Below, in pieces: positions 8,995 to 18,444 of a stretch of DNA of 64,000 nt (its first letter is position 1; every line of letters begins with the position of its first letter). Source of the stretch: an uncultured Gemmatimonadales bacterium. GTDB taxonomy: Bacteria > Gemmatimonadota > Gemmatimonadetes > Gemmatimonadales > GWC2-71-9. The position numbers and the translations under genes were made by a program. Below the pieces are notes generated by a model. It was not told the origin of the DNA. It saw nothing but the letters and a program-made list of their open reading frames with translations, and searched no databases. The stretch covers positions 32,001-96,000 of the forward strand of contig CAWJIM010000018.1 in the NCBI GenBank assembly GCA_963842945.1. The letters run 5' to 3'.

Positions 8995-10743
8995 ATGTCG
9001 AGCGCCGTCGAACCCATGGACCCGAGCGGCCTCGTCCTGGGCCGTTACCGCCCCCTGCGGCCCCTCGGGAGCGGCGGCTCGGGCACCGTCTGGCTCGCGC
9101 GCGACGAGACCTCCGGCCTCGAGGTCGCCCTCAAGATCATCGCCAAGGAGGGAAGGGCAGCCCCGCGCGCGGAGCGGGAGGCCGAGGCTGCGACCCGTCT
9201 GCGCCATCCCCACTGCCTTCGCGCGTACGGCCTCGAATCGGACGACAAGCATCTGTACATCCCGTACGAGTACGTGCCGGGATCGACTCTCCGTCAGGCC
9301 CTGCGCACGGGCGAGCTCGGGGACGACGGCGCCGTCGAGGCGGCCGCCCAGATCCTCGAGGGCCTTGCCTTTGCCCACGCGCGCGGGATCGTCCACCGTG
9401 ACGTCAAGCCCTCGAACGTGCTCGTCACCGACGAGGAGCACGTCTCGGTACGGCTGTTCGACTTCGGCCTCGCCCAGCTCGCCGATGCGGAGACGCTCAC
9501 CGCCGTCGGCGACGTCCCGGGAACGCTCGCCTACATCTCTCCCGAGCGTCTGCTGGGCGAGCAGGCGGGGCCGCCGGCCGACATCTGGGCCGTGGGCGTC
9601 CTGCTGTGGGAGGCGCTTTCGGGGCATCACCCGTTCTGGCGCGCATCACCGCTCGAGACCGGAGAGGTGATCAAGGCCGGGGCTCCTTCGATCGGAGAGG
9701 CGCGGCCCGACCTTCCCGAGCCCCTCATCGCCGCCGTCGACGCCGCGCTATCGGTCGATCCGGCTCTGAGACCCTCCGCGGCGCGACTCTCGAAGACGTT
9801 GCGGGCCGCCTGGCTGGAACGGATGCCAAGCCGTGCTCGGCCGAAGACGAACGTCAAGATCGATCCGAGGCGCTTGCTCGCGCGGAGCGCCGCTCCCGCC
9901 TTGGCAGCGCTCTCGGCGGGCTGGGTGGCCGCCGCGCTTCCCTTCTATCCGGCCAGATGGCCGCTCCTGCTCGCCGCGGTCGCCGCAGCGCTCACGGCCT
10001 GGCGCGCGAGGCTCGGGCTTGCGTTCACGCTGGCGGTGCCTCTGTTTCCGCTCGGCAACGTGTCGCTCGGGCTCGCTTCGGCCTTCGCGGGGCTGGCAAT
10101 CGTGTGGCTCGCGCTGATGTGGGGCGACGCGCGGCGCGGGCTCCTCTTCGGGTCCGGGATCGTTCTCGGCGCACTCGGCCTGCTGGGGCTGATTCCACTT
10201 CTGGTGATGCACGTTGCGAGCACGGTGCGGCGCATGGCGCTCGCGCTCGTCACGGTGCTCCTGGCGGGCGCCGTCGCCGGCATCCACGGGTCGGCGATCC
10301 CGTTCGGCGGCAAGGAAGCGGCTGCTCTCGGCGTCGCCGGCAGCGAGCATCCGGTCGCGGTTCTCGAAGCGGTCTGGCAGTGGCTCCTGCAGAACCCGGC
10401 TCTGGGTGTGGAAGCGCTGATCCTCGCCGCGGCTGCCGGGGCGCTCCCCCATGTGACACGAAGAGCCGACCTCTCGATCGCGACCTTCGCGGCCCTGTTG
10501 CTGGGAGCAACCCTGCTCGCGGCCCCGCGCGCCGGAGCAGTGGCGCTCGTCTTCACGGGCTGGCTCACGTATCTCGCTCTCACCGTCCAGTCGCGGCGGC
10601 TCCCCGAGCGAGCCGTCGCGCCGCGCCGTCTCGGCGCATATCTGACACAGACAGGCGCGCTCTTCCTCGATAGGCTCAAAGCGGCGGGTGGTCAGCGGTG
10701 GCCCCGCGTACAAGGGCGATTCAGGCAGGCAGGCGCTCGGTAA
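8995..10743 (+). CDS. Hanks-type Ser/Thr kinase with polytopic membrane C-terminus
   Basis: LGSGGSGTV, VALK, HRDVKPSN, DFG, GTLAYISPE, followed by many hydrophobic segments. Confidence 0.9.
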   Translation: MSSAVEPMDPSGLVLGRYRPLRPLGSGGSGTVWLARDETSGLEVALKIIAKEGRAAPRAEREAEAATRLRHPHCLRAYGLESDDKHLYIPYEYVPGSTLRQALRTGELGDDGAVEAAAQILEGLAFAHARGIVHRDVKPSNVLVTDEEHVSVRLFDFGLAQLADAETLTAVGDVPGTLAYISPERLLGEQAGPPADIWAVGVLLWEALSGHHPFWRASPLETGEVIKAGAPSIGEARPDLPEPLIAAVDAALSVDPALRPSAARLSKTLRAAWLERMPSRARPKTNVKIDPRRLLARSAAPALAALSAGWVAAALPFYPARWPLLLAAVAAALTAWRARLGLAFTLAVPLFPLGNVSLGLASAFAGLAIVWLALMWGDARRGLLFGSGIVLGALGLLGLIPLLVMHVASTVRRMALALVTVLLAGAVAGIHGSAIPFGGKEAAALGVAGSEHPVAVLEAVWQWLLQNPALGVEALILAAAAGALPHVTRRADLSIATFAALLLGATLLAAPRAGAVALVFTGWLTYLALTVQSRRLPERAVAPRRLGAYLTQTGALFLDRLKAAGGQRWPRVQGRFRQAGAR

Positions 10744-10769
10744 ACTCGCCGGCGGGGTAGGACCCGCCC

Positions 10770-11540
10770 GTGACCGTGCTTCGAAACATCGAGCAGAAGA
10801 TCGAGGCGCTTTTCGAGGGCGTCTTCGGCCGCGCGTTCCGTACCAACGTCCAGCCCGTCGAGCTGGCGCGGAAGCTCGCGAAGGAGATGGACGACCACCG
10901 CATGGTCTCGGTCTCGCGCGTGTATGCGCCCAACGAGTACTCGGTCTACCTCTCCCCCGGCGACCGCGAGCAGTTCGACAGCTACGAGGAATCGCTCCTG
11001 AGCGAGCTGCAGGAGTACCTCGCCGAGCACGCGCGCCGCGAGTCGTACGTCCTTCTCAGCTCGCCGAAGGTGCTCCTGAACACCGACTCCGACCTCGAGG
11101 TCGGCGAGTTCGGGATCGCGACGCGCATGGTGCAGCCCGAGCCCGGCCAGGGGCCTTCCGAGCCCTTGCCGGAGGCTCCTCCCGGCGCAACGATGGTCTA
11201 CAAGCCCCAGGGCCCACCGACCGAGGCGGCCACCCCCGGCGAGCTGGGCGTCGTCCCGGAGGTCGTCACGCTCGACGAAAACGGGACCAAGCACGAGATC
11301 GACAAGGTCAGCGTCGTCATCGGCCGCTCGAAGGAGTGCGACATCCGCCTCGCCGACCCCAACGTCTCCAGACGGCACGCCGAGCTGCGGCAAGAGGGAA
11401 CCGCATACTGGATCCTCGATCTCGGCTCGACGAACGGGCTGACGGTCAACGGTCGCCGCCAGCAGCGGGCGAAGCTCGAGAATCGGGACCGGATCACCAT
11501 CGGATCGACCGACCTGGTCTTTCACAGAACGGGCTCATGA
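10770..11540 (+). CDS. fhaA: FhaA (DUF3662 + FHA)
   Basis: VQPVELARKL..EMD, APNEY; FHA motifs IGRS, VSRRHA, DLGSTNG. Confidence 0.92.
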   Translation: MTVLRNIEQKIEALFEGVFGRAFRTNVQPVELARKLAKEMDDHRMVSVSRVYAPNEYSVYLSPGDREQFDSYEESLLSELQEYLAEHARRESYVLLSSPKVLLNTDSDLEVGEFGIATRMVQPEPGQGPSEPLPEAPPGATMVYKPQGPPTEAATPGELGVVPEVVTLDENGTKHEIDKVSVVIGRSKECDIRLADPNVSRRHAELRQEGTAYWILDLGSTNGLTVNGRRQQRAKLENRDRITIGSTDLVFHRTGS

Positions 11541-12025
11541 TCGCGGCCTCAGTCGACGTCGAGGGCGCGCTCCTCATCCTCAAGGCCTGCTTCCTCTTCC
11601 TTCTCTATGTCTTCATCTGGCGCATAGTTCGTACCGCCAGCCGTGATCTCCGCCTCCCACAAGAGAGCTTCGTGCTCGGCCCACAGCAAGCCGCAGCCGT
11701 CGGCCTGCAGCCCGAGCCCCAGGTGAACATGGGCCGCCTCGTCGTCCTGAAGAGCACCGCCATCGACGAGAACACCGAGTTCGTGCTCGACTCGGCCGGC
11801 ATCTCGATCGGACGGGGTGGGCCGAACGAGGTCCGGCTCGACGGCGACGACTTCGCATCCGTGCAGCACGCACGCGTGGAGCCGCGGCGCGACGGCGTGT
11901 GGATCGAGGACGTCGGCTCGACGAACGGCACATACGTCAACGGCGTGCGGCTCTCTCGGGCGCGCAAGCTCACGGCCGGCGACCTCGTCCGCGTCGGCGA
12001 GACCGACCTGAGGTTCGAGACATGA
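11537..12025 (+). CDS. fhaB: FhaB/FipA (TM + FHA)
   Basis: ATGA overlap with fhaA; FLFLLYVFIW TM helix; IGR, AS..HAR, GSTNGT. Confidence 0.88.
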   Translation: MIAASVDVEGALLILKACFLFLLYVFIWRIVRTASRDLRLPQESFVLGPQQAAAVGLQPEPQVNMGRLVVLKSTAIDENTEFVLDSAGISIGRGGPNEVRLDGDDFASVQHARVEPRRDGVWIEDVGSTNGTYVNGVRLSRARKLTAGDLVRVGETDLRFET

Positions 12026-13032
12026 GCGTGTTCCTCGGCCGAAGCACGGGCCTCTCCCACCCGGGACGCAAGCGGCGCCGCAACGAGGACGCCTGGGTCT
12101 GCCAGCCGCCACTCTTTGCAGTGGCTGACGGCATGGGCGGCGCCCGCGGCGGCGAGATCGCGTCCCGCCTGGCCGCGACCGCACTTGGCGAGAGCGTCGA
12201 CGGAAGCGGCGAGGAGAGGGTGGTCGCGCTCATCCAGAAGGCGAACCAGCACGTCTATGAGCGTGCCCGTGACGATGCAGAGGCCTCCGGGATGGGCACG
12301 ACGATCACCGTCGCGCTCGTCGAGGACGGCGTCGTCGCGATCGGTCACGTGGGCGACTCGCGCGGTTATCTGATCCGCGACCGAAAGGTCGAGCAGCTGA
12401 CCGAGGACCACTCGCTCGTCGCCGAGCTCGTCCGCAGCGGGCGGCTCTCGCCGGAGGAAGCCGATACGCACCCGCAACGGTCGGTCATCACCCGCGCCCT
12501 CGGCACCGATCCCGACGTCGACGTCGACTCCTTCTCGATCGAGGCGAAGGCGGGCGACGTCTTTCTCATCTGCTCGGACGGGCTGACCTCGATGGTCGGA
12601 GACGACACGATCCTCGGCATCGTCGAGCAGAGCCGGGACAACTTCGACGCGATCGCGAAGGAGCTCATCGGAGCGGCGAACGAGAGCGGAGGCGAGGACA
12701 ACATCACCGTCGTCTTCTTCGAGATGACCGACAAGGCGCCCGAGCCCGTGGCCGAGACGAAGACCATGCCGGCAGTCCAGCCGCCCTCCGCCACGGATGC
12801 AGACGAGGACACACTCTCCGGCCTCGAGGGCGTGCCGACCGTGCAGACGATGGTCGTCCCGCCCGACCAGGTGCACTCGGTCGCAGTGGACGGAACGCCA
12901 CCAGCGGCGCCGCCCGTCCCCGAGGAGCCGAAGGAGCGGTTCAGCGTCCGGGCCGCTCGTCTCATCGTCGCGCTCGCGGTCGTCGCCGCCATGGCTCTCC
13001 TCGTGTACTGGCTTCTCGGCCAGAGCAGATGA
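12022..13032 (+). CDS. pstP: PP2C-type Ser/Thr phosphatase
   Basis: RNED, VADGMGG, HVGDSR, CSDGL, GGEDNIT; C-terminal TM helix. Confidence 0.93.
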   Translation: MSVFLGRSTGLSHPGRKRRRNEDAWVCQPPLFAVADGMGGARGGEIASRLAATALGESVDGSGEERVVALIQKANQHVYERARDDAEASGMGTTITVALVEDGVVAIGHVGDSRGYLIRDRKVEQLTEDHSLVAELVRSGRLSPEEADTHPQRSVITRALGTDPDVDVDSFSIEAKAGDVFLICSDGLTSMVGDDTILGIVEQSRDNFDAIAKELIGAANESGGEDNITVVFFEMTDKAPEPVAETKTMPAVQPPSATDADEDTLSGLEGVPTVQTMVVPPDQVHSVAVDGTPPAAPPVPEEPKERFSVRAARLIVALAVVAAMALLVYWLLGQSR

Positions 13033-14312
13033 GCTACCGGAACCGCGAGCTCGTCAACCTCGTCGTCGTCGCAGTCATCACCGGCCTCGGCTTCGCGAGC
13101 GTCTACATCGCGCGCCAGGACATCGTGTCGACCGGGTCGCTCTCCTACGCGCTTTTCTTCTTCGCGATCTTCCTCGTCGCGCACGTAATCGCCCGCGTAG
13201 CCGTGCCGCAGGCAGACCCGTACCTGCTGCCGATGGCTGCGCTCCTGGCGGCGATCGGCGTGACGGAGATCTACCGGCTCGACCCTGACAACGCTTTCCG
13301 GCAGGGCCTCTGGATCGTCGTCGGGGTCGCCGCGTTCGCAGCGACTCTGCTCCTCCTCCGCCACGACTACCGACGCCTCGAGAGCTACAAGTATCTCTTC
13401 GGCCTGACCGCCGTCGCTCTGCTCTTCCTGCCGGCTCTCCCGCTGATCGGCGAGCAGATCAACGGAGCCCGGCTCTGGGTGCGCTTCGGGGGGATCCAGT
13501 TTCAGCCGGGCGAGCTGGCCAAGATCATGTTGATCGTCTTTCTCGCCGGTTACCTGCGCGAGAAGCGCGAGGTGCTCGCCCAGGGGCGCCTGAAGGACTT
13601 CGGCCCGCTCATGGCGATCTGGGGCGCGGCCATGCTCGTGATCGTCCAGACGAACGACCTCGGGAGCGCGCTTCTCTACTACGGGATCTTCCTCGCGATG
13701 CTGTACGTGGCCACTGCGAAGGCCTGGTTCGCGGCCGCAGGCCTCGTCCTGTTCATCGGCGGCTCTTCGCTGCTCTACCAGGTCGTCCCCAGGGTCGAGG
13801 AGCGGGTCTCGATCTGGCTCGACCCCTGGGAGCAGAGTCACGCGGCCGGATACCAGATCGTCCAGTCGCTCTTCTCGATCGGGAACGGGGGCTTCGCAGG
13901 CAAGGGTCTCGGAAAGGGCGTGTTCGCAACGACCAACGGCCGTGACCTGATTCCCCAGCTCAACACCGATTTCATCTACTCGGCGCTCGCGCAAGAGCTC
14001 GGGCTGATCGGATCGGCGGCGCTCGTCCTCGTCTACATGCTGATCTGCCTGCGCGGCTTCCGGATCGCGCTCCTCGCGCAGGACGGCTTCTCCAAGCTGC
14101 TCGCCGTCGGACTGACGTTCGGTTTCGCGCTCCAGACGTTCATCATCGTCGGCGGCGTGCTCCGCCTGATCCCGCTGACCGGGATCACGCTTCCCTTTGT
14201 GAGCTACGGCGGGTCGAGCGTCGTCGCGAACTTCATCCTGCTCGCAGGCCTCCTCCTCATCTCCCATCGAGCGAACTCGTTGAGCCAGATCTCGATGGAG
14301 GGCCGGCCGTGA
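13029..14312 (+). CDS. rodA: SEDS family RodA/FtsW
   Basis: FQPGELAK, DLGSAL, TDFIYS, IPLTGITLPFVSYGGSS. Confidence 0.93.
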   Translation: MSYRNRELVNLVVVAVITGLGFASVYIARQDIVSTGSLSYALFFFAIFLVAHVIARVAVPQADPYLLPMAALLAAIGVTEIYRLDPDNAFRQGLWIVVGVAAFAATLLLLRHDYRRLESYKYLFGLTAVALLFLPALPLIGEQINGARLWVRFGGIQFQPGELAKIMLIVFLAGYLREKREVLAQGRLKDFGPLMAIWGAAMLVIVQTNDLGSALLYYGIFLAMLYVATAKAWFAAAGLVLFIGGSSLLYQVVPRVEERVSIWLDPWEQSHAAGYQIVQSLFSIGNGGFAGKGLGKGVFATTNGRDLIPQLNTDFIYSALAQELGLIGSAALVLVYMLICLRGFRIALLAQDGFSKLLAVGLTFGFALQTFIIVGGVLRLIPLTGITLPFVSYGGSSVVANFILLAGLLLISHRANSLSQISMEGRP

Positions 14313-15778
14313 ACCGGCAGATCACGCGGATGGCCGTAGTCGGCCTCATCCTGCTCGCGGCGCTCGTCGTCGGCACGACCTACTGGCAGGCCTGGGCCGC
14401 GAGCGGGCTCGCCGACCGGCAGGACAACTCGATCCAGCTCGTCGCCGAGTTCTCGGTGAAGCGCGGAAAGATCTTCGCCGCCGACGGGCGGACCGTGCTC
14501 GCGGACAACGTGAGGCGCAAGGTCGCCGGGCAGACGCTTTTCTTCAGGAAGTACCCGCAGCGCGGGCTCGCGGCGCACATCGTCGGCTACTCGACGCAGG
14601 TTCGCTCCCGGGCGGGCCTCGAAGCCTCGCAGAACGACTTCCTGACGGGCTCGAACACGAACCTGAACACCGTGCTCGACACGACTTTCGACAAGCTCAA
14701 AGGCGCAACGATCAAGGGGAACGACCTCCACCTCACGCTGCGGCCGGAGGCACAGCGAGTCGCTCTGAACGCGCTCGGCGGCAAGTGCGGCGCCGCGGTC
14801 GCAATCGAGCCGCGAACCGGCCGCGTGCTCGTGAGCGTGTCGAGCCCGACTTACGACCCGAACCTGATCGAAGGCAAGTACGACCTCGCCTCGAGATCGA
14901 AGTTCGGCTGCCCACCCCTCCAGAACCGCGCGACCGCAGGCCTCTACACGCCTGGCTCGACGTTCAAGACTGTCACTGCCGCCGCGGCGCTCGACTCCGG
15001 CGAGTTCACGCCGAGCTCGACGTTCAACGACCCCGGCTACTGCATCGAGTACGGAGCGCACGTGAACAACTACGACACCTCGTCCCCGTTCGGCAACGTC
15101 ACGCTCGCAACGGCGATGCAGAACTCGATCAACTCGGTCTTTTGCAACATCGGCCAGGCACTCGGCGGGCTGCGCATCGTCAAGCAGATGAAGGACTTCG
15201 GCTTCTACTCGGTACCGCCGCTCGAGACCCCGGTCAACGAGCGGTCGGTCAGCGGTCTCTACAACAGCAAGAGAAAGCTCGTCGACCCGAAGGAAGAGAG
15301 CCAGATCGATCCCGGGCGGCTCGCGTTCGGCCAGGGCCCCGAAACGGGCGAGCCGCAAACAACGCCGCTGCAGATGGCGATGGTCGCGGCTGCGATCGCG
15401 AACGGCGGCCTAGTCATGCGGCCATACGTCGTCGAGAGGATCACCGCTCCGGACGGGACGGAGGTCACGAAGACGAAGCCCGACATCCTCGGTCGAGCCG
15501 TGAGCGCCAAGACTGCGGCCGAGGTCACCGCGATGATGGAATCGGTCGTCAGCGGCGGAACCGGCACCGCGGCGCAGATTCCGGGCATCTCGGTCGCAGG
15601 CAAGACCGGAACGGCCGAGGGCGGTGTCGCCGGCCGCAACACGACCTCGTTCGTCGCCTTCGCGCCGGCCGACAACCCGAGAGTGGCCGTCGCGGTCTTC
15701 CTCGAGCGCCAGAGCGGCACCGGCGGGACGACAGCGGCCCCGATCGCCAAGGCGATCATGGAGGCGCTGATCCGGTGA
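14309..15778 (+). CDS. pbpA: Class B penicillin-binding protein
   Basis: STFK, SIN, KTG motifs; position between rodA and pknB. Confidence 0.92.
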   Translation: MNRQITRMAVVGLILLAALVVGTTYWQAWAASGLADRQDNSIQLVAEFSVKRGKIFAADGRTVLADNVRRKVAGQTLFFRKYPQRGLAAHIVGYSTQVRSRAGLEASQNDFLTGSNTNLNTVLDTTFDKLKGATIKGNDLHLTLRPEAQRVALNALGGKCGAAVAIEPRTGRVLVSVSSPTYDPNLIEGKYDLASRSKFGCPPLQNRATAGLYTPGSTFKTVTAAAALDSGEFTPSSTFNDPGYCIEYGAHVNNYDTSSPFGNVTLATAMQNSINSVFCNIGQALGGLRIVKQMKDFGFYSVPPLETPVNERSVSGLYNSKRKLVDPKEESQIDPGRLAFGQGPETGEPQTTPLQMAMVAAAIANGGLVMRPYVVERITAPDGTEVTKTKPDILGRAVSAKTAAEVTAMMESVVSGGTGTAAQIPGISVAGKTGTAEGGVAGRNTTSFVAFAPADNPRVAVAVFLERQSGTGGTTAAPIAKAIMEALIR

Positions 15779-15802
15779 GCGCGAACGTACCCTGATTAGG
15801 AC

Positions 15803-16895
15803 ATGGCCTACGTCGACACCCTGATCAACACGCTCTTCGACGGGCGCTACCGGATCGTCCGGAAGCTCGGCTCGGGCGGGATGGCGGACGTCTACCTGGC
15901 CGAGGACGAGGAGCTCGGGCGCCGGGTCGCGGTCAAGATCCTGAACGACCGGCATGCGAACGACGAGTCGTTCGTCGAGCGCTTCCGCAGGGAGGCCAAG
16001 AACGCCGCGGGCCTCTCGCACCCGAACATCGTGTCGATCTACGACCGCGGCGAGGCCGAGGGCACGTACTACATCGCGATGGAGTACCTCGACGGGCGGA
16101 GCCTGAAGGAGCTCGTCGTCGCCCGGGGGCCGCTGCCGACCGGCGATGCGATCCAGTTCACCCGCCAGGTGCTCGGCGCACTTCGCTTCGCCCATCGCAA
16201 GGGCGTCGTCCACCGCGACATCAAGCCGCACAACGTCATGGCCGACGCGGACGGGCGCCTGAAGGTGACCGACTTCGGCATCGCGCGGGCGGGCGTGAGC
16301 CAGATGACCGAGGCGGGCTCGATCATCGGGACGGCGCAGTACCTCTCGCCCGAGCAGGCCCGGGGCGCCGCGGTCGATCAGCGCTCGGACCTGTACTCCG
16401 TCGGGATCCTGCTCTACGAGATGCTGACCGGGACCGTGCCCTTCACGGGCGACTCGCCGGTCGAGATCGCGATGAAGCACCTGTCCGACACGCCGCGGCC
16501 GCCATCGCTCCAGCGCCCCGAGATCCCGCCCGACCTCGACATGGTCGTACTCCGCGCGCTGGCGAAGAACCCCGACGACCGCTTCCAGACCGCCGAGGAG
16601 ATGGACGCAGAGCTCGACCGGGTCGCTCAGGGCGTCGGCGTGACGGCCGAGACGGCGGATGCGGCCACTGCGGTCCTCTCGGGCACGGCGCTTTCGAACG
16701 CCCCGACTGCGGTCGTGCCCCCGCGCCGCCCGCCAGCGGCAGCGCGCCCCTCGTATCGCTACGCCGACCCTCCGGCCCGCCGGCGACCCATCTGGCCGTG
16801 GCTGCTCGCATTGCTCCTCGTCGTGCTCGCCGGCGTCGCCGGCGTCTACGCGTACGGGCAGATCCAGGATTCGCTCGGCAGCTCGGCGACCACGT
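15803..16895 (+). CDS. pknB: PknB/Stk1 kinase, truncated after the TM helix (no PASTA repeats)
   Basis: Complete kinase domain (HRDIKPHN, KVTDFGIAR, GTAQYLSPEQA) and TM helix; ORF then runs into unrelated antisense DNA to 17038. Confidence 0.9.
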
Positions 16896-16897
16896 CG

Positions 16898-16953
16898 GGC
16901 TCGTACGCGGCTTTGTCTCGCACCGTGATGTCTACCACCACATATGCCGGCAT
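16898..16953 (-). pseudogene. 5' fragment of a DUF1330-family gene
   Basis: MPAYVVVDITVRDKAAYE then abrupt loss of similarity; GAGG RBS; follows DUF2214 gene on same strand. Confidence 0.7.
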
Positions 16954-16982
16954 CGAAGCCTCGGTAATTCGGGGAAGCGGGG

Positions 16983-17438
16983 TCAGGGCCGGGGAGCACC
17001 GATGCCGCGCGCCATGGCCGTTGCTGCGAATACCATGAGGACCACAAGAGCGACCTGAACGTTGCTGATGGTGGCCAGAGTGCCCGCGCCAGCAGTATCC
17101 ACCGGCCGGCCGGCTGCCGCTGCCCGGCGCCACCGCATCAGGGCCATCATGGGCCGGAGCTCAAGGGCGAGGATCAGGAGCAGCAGTCCCATCTTGGTGA
17201 GAAAGACGTGGTTCTGGAGATAGTAGCTGGTGCTCTTTTCCAATCCCCCAAGGAGCCGCCATACCCCGGTGCTGATCCAGAGGGCCGCTGCCCCGCCCCA
17301 CCACGCATCGGCCAAGAAGACGCTCCTCAGGCCTCCGGCGTCGAGCTCGCGACGCAACCCTCGCCCCCGAGCCCACACCGCCCCCAGCCCAATGCCCAGC
17401 GCCAGCAGGTGAAGTGAGGCCAGCACCCAGCGCAGCAT
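16983..17438 (-). CDS. DUF2214 family membrane protein
   Basis: LHLLALGIG, AD.WWG.AA.LWI.TG..R, EK..YY, F.TKM, A.AMARG. Confidence 0.85.
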   Translation of the reverse strand: MLRWVLASLHLLALGIGLGAVWARGRGLRRELDAGGLRSVFLADAWWGGAAALWISTGVWRLLGGLEKSTSYYLQNHVFLTKMGLLLLILALELRPMMALMRWRRAAAAGRPVDTAGAGTLATISNVQVALVVLMVFAATAMARGIGAPRP

Positions 17439-17873
17439 CACGGACAGACGCTCCATATAGGTGAGCGAACCCGGGCCTTCGGTGAACCCGATCCTGGTGT
17501 AGAGCTCGGCGGCATCCCGGGTCAGCAACGCCACCCGGCGCAGACCCCGAAGATCCGGGTGGGCCAGCATGCACTCCGACAGCCACCGGCCCAGGCCGCG
17601 TCCGCGGTAACTGGCCAAGATTACCACGTCGGTCCAGTAGGCGTAGGTAGCCAGGTCCGAAACGGCTCGTCCGAAGCCCGCCAGGATCGGCCCATCCAGA
17701 AGGGCAAAGCAGACGGAGTTCTGGATGGCCCGCGCCAGGACCTCACGCTTCATCTCGCGGGCCCAGAAGGTCGTTCTGAGCAGTTCCAGGGCGGAATCGG
17801 GATCGATGCGCCGACGGTCAGTGGTGATGACCAGCCCGTCGCGCCGGTATTCCACGGGGGCGTCAGCCAGCAT
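17439..17873 (-). CDS. GNAT N-acetyltransferase
   Basis: AIQNSVCF, GFGRAVSD.AT.AY..DV, RGRGLG, L.TRDA..LY..GF; reads in frame into the DUF2214 gene. Confidence 0.85.
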
Positions 17874-17898
17874 GGGGGAACCGGCTCCGATGGCTACC

Positions 17899-18345
17899 TC
17901 AGGCCCGGTGATCCGATACCGGAGCGGCGCCCCGCCAGCGGCGCCAGAGCAGGAGCAGCATGGCCAGCAGGTTGGCCCCGGCAAGGCCGGCGCCGATCAG
18001 GATCATTCCTCGGGCCACGGCTCGAAGCAGGCCCAGCTCGCGGACATCCATCACGCCGAGGAGGACTCTGGCGGTGAGAAACGCGGCCGCTCCGGAGAAC
18101 AGGAGGAGTTGCAGCAGAAGCAGCGGGCGGTACCCCATGCCCGCGTAGAGCCAATAGAGGGCCAGGGCCACCAGCATCCAGGCCAGCAATCCGGTTCGAG
18201 TTCCATGCCCCAGCGGAAGCTCACGCAGCAGAGGTACCACCAGGAGAGCGAGTGCCACCAGCATCAGGAGCAGCCTCCAGCTGGCCCGCCATAGCTCTCG
18301 GGGTGACGCGTCTTCCGCGGTATGCAGATTCGGCTCCTGATCCAC
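17899..18345 (-). CDS. Hypothetical membrane protein
   Basis: About 4 hydrophobic segments; GAGG RBS. Confidence 0.65.
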   Translation of the reverse strand: MDQEPNLHTAEDASPRELWRASWRLLLMLVALALLVVPLLRELPLGHGTRTGLLAWMLVALALYWLYAGMGYRPLLLLQLLLFSGAAAFLTARVLLGVMDVRELGLLRAVARGMILIGAGLAGANLLAMLLLLWRRWRGAAPVSDHRA

Positions 18346-18444
18346 TATGCCTCGCTGGTCATGGCAGGTTCATTTTACGCTTCAAGAGTCACCAGGGGAA
18401 CGGGCGGCTAAGGCTGGACCGATCGTCTGGCGATACTTTAACCG

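Noticed and set aside
15803..17038. Natural PASTA-less PknB with a novel C-terminus
   Set aside because: The tail is antisense translation of genes beyond the apparent chimeric junction.
16983..17873. Novel GNAT-DUF2214 fusion protein
   Set aside because: The junction reads CCGTGATG, a typical TGA/ATG overlap one base out of frame; a single indel would explain the read-through.
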